From assembly GCF_006345805.1 (NCBI RefSeq), contig NC_042997.1, positions 153,450,001-153,514,000 of the forward strand: a stretch of 64,000 bases of DNA. Reading direction: 5' to 3'. The first letter of the stretch is position 1. Each line of letters starts with the position of its first letter. The position numbers were made by a program, and so were the translations under genes. The DNA comes from Octopus sinensis (lineage: Eukaryota). Below the pieces are notes generated by a model. The model was not told the origin of the DNA and ran no database searches. It saw nothing but the letters and a program-made list of their open reading frames with translations. Of this stretch, positions 11,179 to 22,346 are shown piece after piece.

Positions 11179-14100
11179 ATAAGAATATCCAAATTATCTA
11201 ATTTTAATATATTTAACTCACACTCAGGACATTACAATGAGGCGTTATCTAGAGCGGGATATAACCAGAAAATTACATTTGAAGATACGGAAAACCTAGG
11301 AACTCATCATAATAATTTAAGTAATTTAAACAGCAATAACCACATAAACAACAAAAATGATCAAGTCGAAAAGATACATAGATGTGGATCTAATACAACA
11401 TCTAATCGTAATGATAAGTATAAGGATAAATACATAGACCATAACACAGATAGCCCTGATAAGGCAACCTTAAATAAAATTAAAATTAAGAAACACACTA
11501 TTAGTAACGTAGACAACAATAATGACCATACCAGAAAGGATAGTAGAAATAGATTTACAACGGCAAAGTACCCTAATGATATTAAGAATATTAATAAAAA
11601 CATAACAGAGAATACTTATAATAAGGGTAAAATAAACTTGGATAAAACTAGCAAACATGCTAACAGGAACATTAATAAATACAAAGAATCTGATGATGGT
11701 ACGATTAATTCTAATAACCCTAACTCTAGTGGGAAAAATTCTAGCAGCCCTAACTCAAATTCTAAGAAATTTAATAAGAAAGACATAATATGGCTAAACA
11801 TCCCTTTTAACTGTGCGGTTTCATCAGATATTCAGGGTAGATTCAAAACAATTCTAGAAAAAAATTTCCCATCCTCTCATAGATATCATAAAATTATTTC
11901 TAAAAACAGTTTCATCAGATATTCAGGGTAGATTCAAAACAATTCTAGAAAAAAAATTCCCATCCTCTCATAGATATCATAAAATTATTTCTAAACAGTC
12001 AGAATTTCTTATTCAACTCTCCCAAATATGTCCACTTTAATAGCTAAGATCAATAATAATAACATAAAACTAGCCAGAAAAAATTTAATCAACAAAAATA
12101 AAAATACAACGGAAAATTGTAATAACAGTACGGAAAGTAATAATTGCAACAATAATAATAATAATGAATGTCATAAAATAAATATAACCAAAAGCCATGG
12201 AATTGTTAATAACAATAATAACATAAATAGGAATGATTATGTTAATAATAGGAATAATACCAGGAATGTAAGTACAGTGAATGAGAGTAACAACATTATC
12301 AGCAACAACACTACACATCTGGAAAACAATATCGACAACAATACTAATAGCATCAACAATATCAACAATGATAGTAGAGTTATAGAACCAAACGATAGTG
12401 TAGGAATACCGACAAATGATAATACTACTTTAGGAGATAACATCAACTGCAATAATGATAACATTATTTTAGATAGCAGCACCAATAATAATAATAATGA
12501 AAGTAGGGCTTTAGAACCAAATGAAAATGTAAGATTACCTATAAATGATAATACTATTTTAGATAATAATATTACTACAATAATGATAGAGTTTTTTTAG
12601 ATAATAAAAAAATCAAAATCATGATAAATTTACCCGCTCTGCTTCGAGCAACAGTAATATAAGACTTCTATCCTCAAGTTATTCCACCTCTAATTATAAT
12701 GCCCCTAGATGTAATTGCAGAATTAAATCAAAATGCCCGGCCCCTGCTTTATGCGGGTTAATTAACATAATCTACAAGTGCTCCGTAACCACAGATAATA
12801 ACAAGTTCTCTTATGTTGGATGAACTGTAAATTTTAAACAGAGATTGAATAACCATCTCTCATCCTTTAAATTACGTCATAAGGCTAATAGCACCACTCT
12901 TTCTAGTAAAATTTGGGAACTAAAAAACAATAATATCAAATATAACCTTAATTGGGAATTAGTCAGAAGAGCAAAACCCTATAAAAATAGCAGAGTAGGC
13001 TGCCAACTTTGCTCCATGGAAGCATTTGAAATACTAATGATTGATTGATTGATTGATTGATTCTAGTTTCAGCTTATGAGCTGTGGCCATGCTGGGGCAC
13101 CGCCATTTGGTGTTGCTACTTGGTTTCACTTCATGGAGGCTTTCTAGCAACTGCTATTTGGTGCATGAGAGAGTTCGATGCAGCTGCCCCCATCTGCCCC
13201 TCCTGCCGTGAAGTTGGTTCATCTGGGACACCTGACAGGAAGAGATCCAGCTTCATTTTAAAGACATCTGTATCCACCCCATGCAGGTCTCTCAGGTTCT
13301 TCGGGAGGATATTGAAGAGCTGTGGGCCTCGGAAGCCCAGGCTATCACAGAATCTTGTCCTACATCTGATGGCAGGTTTGGAGTCCTAGGCACCACGCAG
13401 TGGCGCCCAGTTCTGGCATTTGCGTAACTCTCGATGCCAAAGTTCAGGACACTTCCCTCCAGGATCTTCCAGATGTATATTATGGCATATCTTTCCCGCC
13501 TACGCTCCAGGGAATATAATTTTAATCTCTTGAGTCTTTCCCAGTAGCTTACATTCTGCATAGAGGCTATCTTCTTTGTGTAGATTCGTTGGATCGCCTC
13601 AAGTTCTGTGATCAACTTGACACTGGATGGTGACCATAGCTGAGAGCAATAGTCAAAGTGGCTTAGGACAAGTGTCTTCCAGAGGACCTTCATGGTTTCT
13701 TGTTCTCTTGTTCTAAAGGTTCTAAGAATCCATCCAGCCAGCCGTCTACATTTCATTGTCAGTTTAGCAACATGTACATGAAAGGTCGCGTCATCACTCA
13801 TGTGAATACCCAGGTCACGCACTGATTGTGCCTCTGGGATTGCAATCCCTCCGGGTCCAGTGTATTCATTGGGTATTGCATTCAGTTTTGCATGCTGATA
13901 GTATAAAGCTTGAAACTTTCCAGCATTGAACTGCATGCTATTCTTTTCAGCCCACTTGTATATTTCGTCCAGCTCACATTGCAGGTGTTTAGTGTCCTCA
14001 GGGTTCTGTATTGCCTGTGAAACTTTTGTATCATCTGCATAACTTGTGATCGTGGCTCTCTGCGTGGCTGAGGGCATGTCTGAGGGCATGTCTGAGAGGG

Positions 14101-14395
14101 CCATTATGAACAGTAGTGGTCCCAGAACAGTGCCCTGCGGAACACCGCTCACTATTTGTGTGTTAATGGAGGTGGCCCCATTGGCTACTACCACCTGACT
14201 TCTATCCTTCAGAAAGTCATGAAGCCATTCTCCCAGTTTTCCAACTATGTTGAGATCACGCAGTTTGTGACATATCATTCCATGATCGACTTTCTAATGT
14301 ATAGAAATAATGGAGAAATTCAATTAAACAGCAGAATTGAACTTGGAAAATCTTGTATACATGCTCGAGTTAAGACTCTTAAATATTTTAAATGA
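11179..14395 (+). pseudogene. Penelope-like ORF remnant (RT thumb/linker plus GIY-YIG endonuclease)
   Basis: Open frame 11179-11931; 91-bp tandem duplication (11818/11909) breaks it; Asn-rich inserts; GIY-YIG 12700-13039 resumes at 14300 after the CR1 insertion (EILM|YRNNGEIQLNSRIELGKSCIHARVKTLKYFK*). Confidence 0.85.
13040..14293 (-). mobile_element. 5'-truncated CR1 LINE copy (same family as 37025-40467)
   Basis: GVPQGTVLGP, YADD, (GATT)n tail at 13040-13062; TSD CTAATG at 13034-13039 and 14294-14299; differs from the 37-40 kb copy by a few substitutions, a 12-bp duplication and a 1-bp deletion. Confidence 0.96.
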
Positions 14396-14868
14396 TATTT
14401 TAAATGATATCTCAATTGATAACTGTATACTGGAATCATTTTGCATAAAATTCATTTTGACTTACATATCACTCCTACATAGTATATTATATATTTAACT
14501 AGAAAGATAAGATCTAACTAGCTATGATTATAATTTCTCTCTCTGATAGTACTATTTAATACTTATTGATTTAAATTATTTGATTTATTTCTATTAGACC
14601 ATATTATTAATAAATTAAATTTTGCTCTATTTTTATCCATTACAAATATTAGTTAGTTAAATCTCTTAATTTCTTTTACACTAAAAATTAATTCTGCTAA
14701 TCCCAACTTGATCAAATATTCAATATGAGCTATATGTAGACATGCATAAATTCTGTAAGTTTAAAACCTTTCATCGGATCTCCATGAATCGAACTTTCTT
14801 CAATGCAGCTAATCTTACAACCTCTTTTGTATCTACCCCTTTTGATGTTTGGGAATTCTCTGATGTTT

Positions 14869-14956
14869 TTTCGGCTGACGAGTACGAGCCATCTGTATTC
14901 ACTGCATTTTTTGTAGCTTATTAAAGATGTCCTCGTACGAAACGATCGTACCGAGA
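14869..14956 (+). ncRNA. Type I hammerhead ribozyme in the Penelope pseudo-LTR
   Basis: Stem I TTTCGG/CCGAGA; core CTGACGA (14875-81); stem II GTACGAG/CTCGTAC; GAAA (14939-42); palindromic stem III CGATCG; GTA cleavage triplet (14948-50). Confidence 0.85.
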
Positions 14957-15105
14957 TTTTAATCCATTCTTGTTGCTTTTTTCCTATTTGTAATCACCCC
15001 ACTTGTCGTATGGTTAACACCATATAGATTTCCGGTGCATCCTTGTTAAGGACCATATTCATGTGAATTCTTTAGAATTCACTAGAATCTCAATTACTTA
15101 ACCGA

Positions 15106-15138
<33 letters not shown>

Positions 15139-15506
15139 CAGTCCACTCAAGCCCAGCAGAAGTCAGCAGTGGTGTCCCTCAGGGCCCACTCCTCTTTATA
15201 ATGTATATAAACGACCTTTCCGGCGTTGTAAAACACAGCAACGTGAAGACGTTGGCTAATGCCAGTAAGCTCCAGAAAATCATCAATGAAGAACAAGACC
15301 GAACTCAAGCCAGTCTCATCTACATGCGGTGAGACAATGGACTCACAAAGACAGAATGCATGTAAACGAGGAAAAAAATGAGCAGATGCATTTTGGAAAA
15401 AAGACTATGCTAAAACAACCATACTCTCTTCCTTAAGGGAAATTTCTCACAGCATCTAATAATATCAGAGACCTCGGAGTAATTGTTGATAACAATCTCA
15501 GTTGGA

Positions 15507-15510
<4 letters not shown>
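15139..15510 (+). mobile_element. CR1-clade RT fragment (second family)
   Basis: EVSSGVPQGPLLFIMYINDL...RDLGVIVDNNLSW; decayed and cut by (TA)n. Confidence 0.75.
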
Positions 15511-15586
<76 letters not shown>

Positions 15587-15807
15587 ATTATTATTATCAT
15601 TATTATTATTATATTATTATTAGGCTTCTATTCAAATTAATAACGGTTTTATCCGTCAGATACACAATAATCACAGAACATACCTATTAGATATTTCAAA
15701 TAATATTATTTTTAATCAGTAACTTTAAACGCATATATATATATACATATACATATATATATATATATGTGTGTATATATATATGTATATATATATATAT
15801 ATGTATG

Positions 15808-15865
<58 letters not shown>

Positions 15866-15981
15866 TGTGTATATATATATGTATGTATGTATGTATATAT
15901 ATATATATATATTCATGTGTATATATATATGTATGTATGTATATATATATATATTCATGTGTATATATATATATATGTATG

Positions 15982-16025
<44 letters not shown>

Positions 16026-16200
16026 TGTGTATATATATATATATGTATATATGTATAAGTAAATACATATATATGTGTATATATATATATATGTACATAT
16101 ATATGTGTGTATATATATATATATGCTATATATGTAAGTATATATGTATGTATATATGTATGTGTATATATATATATATATATTATATATATATATATAC
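15510..16200. repeat. (TA)n, (TAT)n and (TATG)n microsatellite field
   Basis: Direct reading; a short unique spacer lies at about 15620-15730. Confidence 0.93.
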
Positions 16201-16460
16201 GTATTTCACCTCAATTGGACCCGCTGTCTTCAACATTACATCAGGACACGTCAAAACAGAAACTGACCACACAAAATTCAAGAAGTCTTTGGCCAAATTC
16301 CTTCAAACAGTCCCGGACAAACCAAACACACCCGGATATGTCTCCGCAAACAATAACTCTCTGCTCGAATGGGCTTTGGTGCCCAAATCCTGAATTGAAA
16401 GACTTCGCCAGGTGGTGCTATTAAGTTAGACATGGCCTGGGCCAATACTGGCCAAAACCT
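16201..16460 (+). mobile_element. CR1-clade ORF2 C-terminus and 3' UTR (second family)
   Basis: GPAVFNI...[19 protein letters not shown]...NSLLEW*, then GGTGGTGC...CATGGCC and an (AAACCTTTCT)2 tail. Confidence 0.75.
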
Positions 16461-16664
16461 TTCTAAACCTTTCTAAGTTATATATGTATATACATATGTA
16501 TATATATATATATATGTATGTATACATATGTGTATGTATATATGTATATATATGTATATATATGTGTGTGTGTGTATGTATATAGGTATATATATATATA
16601 TATATATGTATAAAATATGTATATGTGTATATGTATAAAATATGTATATGTGTATATGTATAAA

Positions 16665-16703
<39 letters not shown>

Positions 16704-16840
16704 AAAATATGTATATGTGTATATGTATATATATGTGTATATGTATATATATATGTATATATATATTATATATATATATGTATATATGTATATATATTTA
16801 CGTATATATGTATATATGTATATATATTTACGTATATATG

Positions 16841-16882
<42 letters not shown>

Positions 16883-16940
16883 TATAAAATGTATATATGT
16901 ATATACATATGTATATATATATATGTGTATATATGTATAT
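16460..16940. repeat. (TA)n/(TATG)n microsatellite field
   Basis: Direct reading. Confidence 0.93.
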
Positions 16941-17329
16941 CCTACTCCCTCAATATCTAAAACTTCATTTTCTTAAGGAGGTGTTTGTTTGCAACATGCG
17001 TTTTAAGGAGGATGAATATTGATTCAAAAAATTAATACATATGGTAGCCATTTTGGTGGGAAAATAATAGTTGACTATATCGAGCTAATATTTGACTGGA
17101 ATTTATTTTATCTATCAATGATGAAAGTAAAGTCAATTTCCACAGAAATAGAACTCAGAGCATAAATGGCTATAACAAATACCACAGAGCACTTTGGTAC
17201 TTTATTAACTTTGTTAATTAACAGCATTGAGCAGTGGCAAAATTAATATCTCTTTCTTTCTTACTCATGCCTAAAATCTTGTGATATGAATAGGTTTCAT
17301 TTTTCACTGGTTCAGAAATTATCTGAAAA

Positions 17330-18075
17330 CTACAAATGTATAAGGTTAGTGATGTATGAAGATATCATTGACTCAATAGCCAGTGGTACACACTATCTAA
17401 AGGAGATTTTATTTGATGATGAAGCTACTTTTCATAGTGAGAGAATTGTCAACGAATTTAATCCTCGAGTATGTTATGAAAATCTCCATGGAACACAATC
17501 GTGCTTTGAATCGCTGATTGTTACTGTTTAGCTAGGTTATGCAGCAGGACATCTTTTGAAGCCACTAAAACCAAGAGTTCCTACTTAGAATAGACATGAT
17601 AAAGAAGAAGAATATTCTCCATGTCTCCGTATTGGGATATCAATATACGGCAATTCCTTAATGTGCAATTTTCAAAACCTTGTTAGAGTAAAAGGCAACA
17701 GATCTTTTAATAATTTAGAAGCTCTGATCTCGCACAATTGTATTTCTTCTTTTGGGTGTATCTTCGCGATCAAGTGTACAAAACTGCAGTCACAAACATT
17801 GAACATTTAAAGCGAGTAATTGAAAATGGAAATTCCAACCAAAACGTTTTCTATGAATTCCCATTTAACAATTGAAAAATGACGTCGATTATGTACTGAG
17901 TGAAGTGGTGCCGTTTTGAATCCTTTACTAAAATAATTAATTAATATCTAATAAATTAATATCTATTATCTCATGTCCATTTAAAATAAAAATATTTTTT
18001 TCTTGGTATATTCATTGCCATAGTTGGATTAAATGATAGTGAAATGTTTAAGGGACTTTTGAATCGCTGTTTAGT
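17330..18075 (+). mobile_element. Degraded Tc1/mariner (maT/DD37D-like) transposase remnant
   Basis: ILFDDEATFHSERIVN (cf. FSDEATFH..G.VN), RQFLNV, RSSDLAQLYFFFWVYLRDQVYK (cf. RSPDL.PLDFFLWG..K..VY). Confidence 0.7.
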
Positions 18076-18185
18076 ATTTTAGCCATGTAGATTCATTTGT
18101 TTTTGTTGCAGTTGAATGTTAACCACTCTCTGCCTCTGTGATTTGTTGTCGTCGTCTCAAGTAAACGTAACAAGATACTCTAGTG

Positions 18186-18352
18186 CAGTAGTTCCCAACC
18201 TTGTGTCCGCGGACCCCTAGTGGTCCGCAAAGGGGTCCGTGAACCAAATTCAAAGTTTCATATATATATATATATATATATATACATAAGGATAAGCATA
18301 CTAAAACGGGTCTGTGGGAAACTCATTGAAATAAAAGGGTTGGGAACCACTG
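18186..18352. mobile_element. hAT (Charlie-like) MITE
   Basis: TIRs CAGTAGTTCCCAACC / GGTTGGGAACCACTG; decayed 8-bp TSD CTCTAGTG / GTCTAATT resembling NTCTAGAN. Confidence 0.8.
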
Positions 18353-19149
18353 GTCTAATTGTTGCTAGAAAAGTTTTGTTAAGGTTTGAAAGAATATTGA
18401 TTTAAAAAATAAATACATTAGCTAGTCATCTTGGTGGAAAAGTAATAGTTGATTATATCGAGCTAATATTTGACTGGTATTTATTTTATCTATCAATGAT
18501 GAAAGTAAAGTCAATTTCCCCAGAAATAGAACTCAGAGTATAAAGGGCTATAAAAAAATACTGCAGAGTACTTTTGAGTATATTGACTTTGTTAATCAAT
18601 AGCATTGAGCAGTATGTCAAAGCTCAGTAATTTAAATTACACCGTATATACATGTACATGACAAAAACATAGAATTCACAGTTCTAAATTAGTTTTTTGT
18701 TTTTTAAATATAAAGGTGTGTAGTAAAAAAGTTGTTATAATTCGTATTACTGATAAGCTGAAGAAGAACAATTACATCAAATGCTGCTACTACTAGTAGT
18801 ATTACTACCACCACTACTACTCTAGTACGACAACTGCTACCACAGCTGCTGCTGCTGTTCTTGTTGTTGTTCAATCAGGACTCACGCCATTAGCCACAAA
18901 GAATAATCTCTAATTCGAGCCTACTTTAAGCTACTAAGAGTGCTTGTGGCAACTTGAAGATCAACCCTCCACACGCGGTAGACTGGTGGTTGCACGGGCG
19001 CGAAAGCTACGTTGTTATCCTCATTCCGTAAACGGTGGCTTTTAACGGGTGGAGAGCTGAACCATCCTGGGGTACAGAGGATTCGCAATCTAGACTAGGG
19101 TCTGAAAGTCTGCCACACCATAGTGGGTTTCACCATGATTCCTCTGCTT

Positions 19150-19348
19150 TGTGGAAGAAGTAGGAAGAAAGAGTAAGAGAAAGTTGTGGTGAAAGAGTAC
19201 AGCAGGGTTCACCACCCTCCTCCACCGGAGCCCTGTTTAACTCAGGTGTTTTTGCTCAATAAAAACTCACAATGCCCGGACCGGAAATCGAAACCGCGTT
19301 CTTACGACCGTGAGTCCACTGCCCTGACCACTGAGCCATTGCGCCTTC
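19150..19348 (-). mobile_element. tRNA-derived SINE of a second family
   Basis: Minus strand GGCGCAATGGCTCAGTGGTCAGGG (A box)...GGTTTCGATTTCC (B box) and a CT-rich tail. Confidence 0.8.
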
Positions 19349-19867
19349 ACAGCTGCTGCTGTTGCCGCTAATGCCACAGCTTTCACCTCTACTGATATTA
19401 TGATCTAGAAGTTTATTAATGCAGGGCAGTGTATGAACATATTATCAATGTAGACAGTTTGGTTGAAGAAACTAAACATCAATGCAGGTGGGCTGAGCTA
19501 TCGGGTGTTACATGTCAGGGAGATAGACATAAAAGAGCACAAGTGAAAAAACTCGAATTGCCGATTTTTCCGCTTATAGTAATCAAACACATTCTGATTT
19601 TGGTCATTTCTGCTTCTAAATCCAAGATTAATTTAACTTTTATTAGCCTTAGGCTATTGCCTGACGTTTCATAATATAGGATGCACTACAAGTTGTGAAT
19701 GTATAGGTATGGGAATAAATAAGTCCATAAATAGACAAAGCAACTAACTTCATTATTATATGAATAGAATTCTATAGTTTTGCCGGTAAAGTGTGCTTGG
19801 CAGTTGTGAATACAACGGAAAAGCTACTGGTGAAATCATTCAAGCCATTTTCACACACACACACATA

Positions 19868-20030
19868 TTCCTTTCTACCATAGGCACAAGGCCTGAAATT
19901 TGGTGGGAGGTGACTAGTCGATTACATCAATCCCAGTGCTTCACTGGTGCTTAATTTATCGACCTCGAAAGGATGGAAGGCAAAGTCGACCTCGGCGGAA
20001 TTTGAACTCAGAACGATTCTGTCAGCCCGC
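19868..20030 (-). mobile_element. tRNA-derived SINE (tail B), 5'-incomplete
   Basis: GGCACAAGGCC tail; GAAGGCAAAGTCGACCTCGGCGGAATTTGAACTCAGAACG. Confidence 0.85.
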
Positions 20031-20186
20031 TGCCATATATATATATATATATATATCGATCACAGAAGGGTTAAAAATAAAAAAGTTGCTCTTGGTGGTA
20101 GATGTACTCAGATCGTAGAGGAGGGAAACTTAAATACTGTACGTCATTTAGTCAGTCTATGAGTTCTGCTACTCTCCTACCCAGTA

Positions 20187-20221
<35 letters not shown>

Positions 20222-20817
20222 TATATATACTTCAGCCACACATTTTTGTCTTTGTACTGATATTAGAAAATATAATTGATTTAGTGTTTTTGTATATGCA
20301 GTATAAATGCCGACTTAATATCTTTCCATCACAACTGACGACTTCCGAGGGAAAATACTTTTCTAAGTAAAGTATTTAACATTTCTAAGAAATAGTAATT
20401 CTTATTGATGTTTGTGTTCTGATGTATGGTTATTTACCCTCAACACAGCTTGTATAAGATGCAGTCGTTTATTATGTTTATGCCTTCCTTCTTTACATAG
20501 CTTCTCTAAATGCAGTAGCTCTCTGCTGTGTCCTCTCTCTGGTAACATCTCTTTACTCCTCGTGATTATAATTTCATTTTCTTTGCCTTTGAAGCACTGT
20601 CTCTTTTTACCTTATTTCACCCATTCTTAGACTCTCTGCATTTGTTAAAATTGCATTCCAGCCTTCCGACTCTTTCATGGCATCTCACTCTCTCTTTGTG
20701 TCTCCCGTCTCACTTCTCCTATGGTCCATTCTCATCACTTCTTAAATTTCAGTTCCTTCAACATATAGCCCACAGTCCAAAAGACATCACGATACTCGCT
20801 GTCTTCCTTTGTCTCAC

Positions 20818-20851
20818 TTTCTGACGAAGGACCATATTCCGAAACGTTAGA
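20818..20851 (+). ncRNA. Minimal hammerhead-like motif at the end of a Penelope remnant
   Basis: TTT-CTGACGA-A-GGA(CCATAT)TCC-GAAA-CG-TT-AGA; weak stem I. Confidence 0.5.
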
Positions 20852-21947
20852 TTATATTGCTCCTTACAACAACTGAATTCACCTAACTCTTCTAGGTACT
20901 CTCCTAATGTAGTCCTATATACACAATGCTTGAAAATAAGATGAGTTGGTCTTGGCGTTCCAGCCATGATCAACTCATCTTATGCACCATTTGGATAGAC
21001 TTAGATTTCATCAAAAAAATAACAATGGTAGGTCAGTGTTTGAGGTCCCGTTGTTGATAGTGCAAATAACAATATATTATCGATAGGTAGATATCAGTGC
21101 TAAACAGTGGAAAGTTTCGTCTCTCGATTTACAAACAAAACCGTCGGCTCCTGTTTAGATTCAAAGGTCCTGGGGCAATTCTGGTCGACATGACACAACA
21201 TGTCTAAAACATCCCAGAATCCATTGCATCAATGAATCGTGTGTTATGAACACATTATCGTAATAAAAAGAAGCTGTTTTCCTGTAACATACGTATACAA
21301 CAATGATTAGCACATTTGTGTTCGAATCTGCCGGGACATATAAAGAATAAATATTCAAGTCATCGTTTCAGATTTTGCTGTTTACGTCGCAAATAACGGT
21401 TCAATAGCAACAATAATGAACCTTTATCAGCCTTTCATATAAGGCTCTCAACCATGACTATGGGGAGTTTTGAATAAAGAAGAAAGCATATATGTGGTGT
21501 AATAACAGCGGGAGTAGCAGAGGAATTTAACAAGAGTAAAAGAGAAATCATCTTAGGTAATAAATATGACAGTTCCCATAACGTTAGTCTTATATAATTA
21601 TCGAGCTTTTAGCTGAATAAATAAGTTAGTGTCCATATCCAGTAATTACGAAGATGCGCAAATACATATCTTCATACACATATACACAAAAATATACAAC
21701 CTTACACATACTCACACACACACACAAGCATCTCCCAAAACTTACATTTATATGATCATGCACATTATATTTCAGCATAGGCGTGTAAAACCCCGACCAA
21801 TGCTAGGATTTAGTGAGTGAATATATAAATGCTCCAGCATAGCGACAGATCTCTGGATAGAATTTATAAAAAAAGACAAAAGAATAGCTAATACATCTAA
21901 ACCTGAATGTTTATAAATGCATCCACATTAGTATGTCCACACACACA

Positions 21948-21990
<43 letters not shown>

Positions 21991-22259
21991 TCACACACGA
22001 AATATATTAGTCTGGAAAATATTCAATTATATTCTTCCCAACCATTACGATAGTACTACTCATTACCAGCTTGCTCCCTAATGGATATATAACAAAGAAA
22101 CAGTTCTAAATGGGCAATATTGTTTAATAATAAACCATGAAAGGCTCTTAGCCTCCGAGAAAAAAAAAGTACTTATGGACCATTAACTGTTTCTCTTTAT
22201 CGTCTATTTTAGTTGCGATTTTGTATTTTCGTTTTGTTTGCGAACATCATTATTTCCAG

Positions 22260-22346
22260 TGTACATCACAGACTCTGGAGTGCAGAGGAGAAAGTGAAAC
22301 TCTCGCCAAGATGAATCTGCAATTTGTCATTCTCTTCTTGCTTGAA
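22260..22346 (+). CDS. Candidate host exon with start codon (ATG 22311) encoding MNLQFVILFLLE, signal-peptide-like
   Basis: Pyrimidine tract plus TTTCCAG acceptor, GCCAAGATG start context, GTTAGT donor; no homology evidence. Confidence 0.25.

Larger units (their letters stand above)
10758..14987 (+). mobile_element. 5'-truncated Penelope-like retroelement (probably Naiad-type) with inverted pseudo-LTRs, interrupted by a CR1 insertion
   Basis: 284-bp inverted repeats 10758-11041 and 14704-14987 (one mismatch seen); RT thumb/linker IRISKLS...YNEALSRAGY, IIWLNIPF...FP..H..HKI, RISYSTLPNM; GIY-YIG CNCR...CP...C...IIY...YVG, STTLSSKIWELK, CQLC...LNSRIEL...CIH. Confidence 0.9.
16985..18620. repeat. 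About 250-bp direct repeats (16985-17240 and 18360-18620), each containing a decayed SINE
   Basis: Both copies share unusual derived sequence TATCTATCAATGATGAAAGTAAAGTCAATTTCC and flanking AT-rich sequence. Confidence 0.8.

Noticed and set aside
11795-11830. Antisense CTGATGA-AAC...GTT-AAAA motif
   Set aside because: Lies within coding sequence (FNCAVSSDI) and lacks GAAA; coincidence.
14396-14987. SECIS element downstream of the Penelope ORF
   Set aside because: No AUGA-helix-AA-helix-GA arrangement could be built by eye; needs a covariance-model search.
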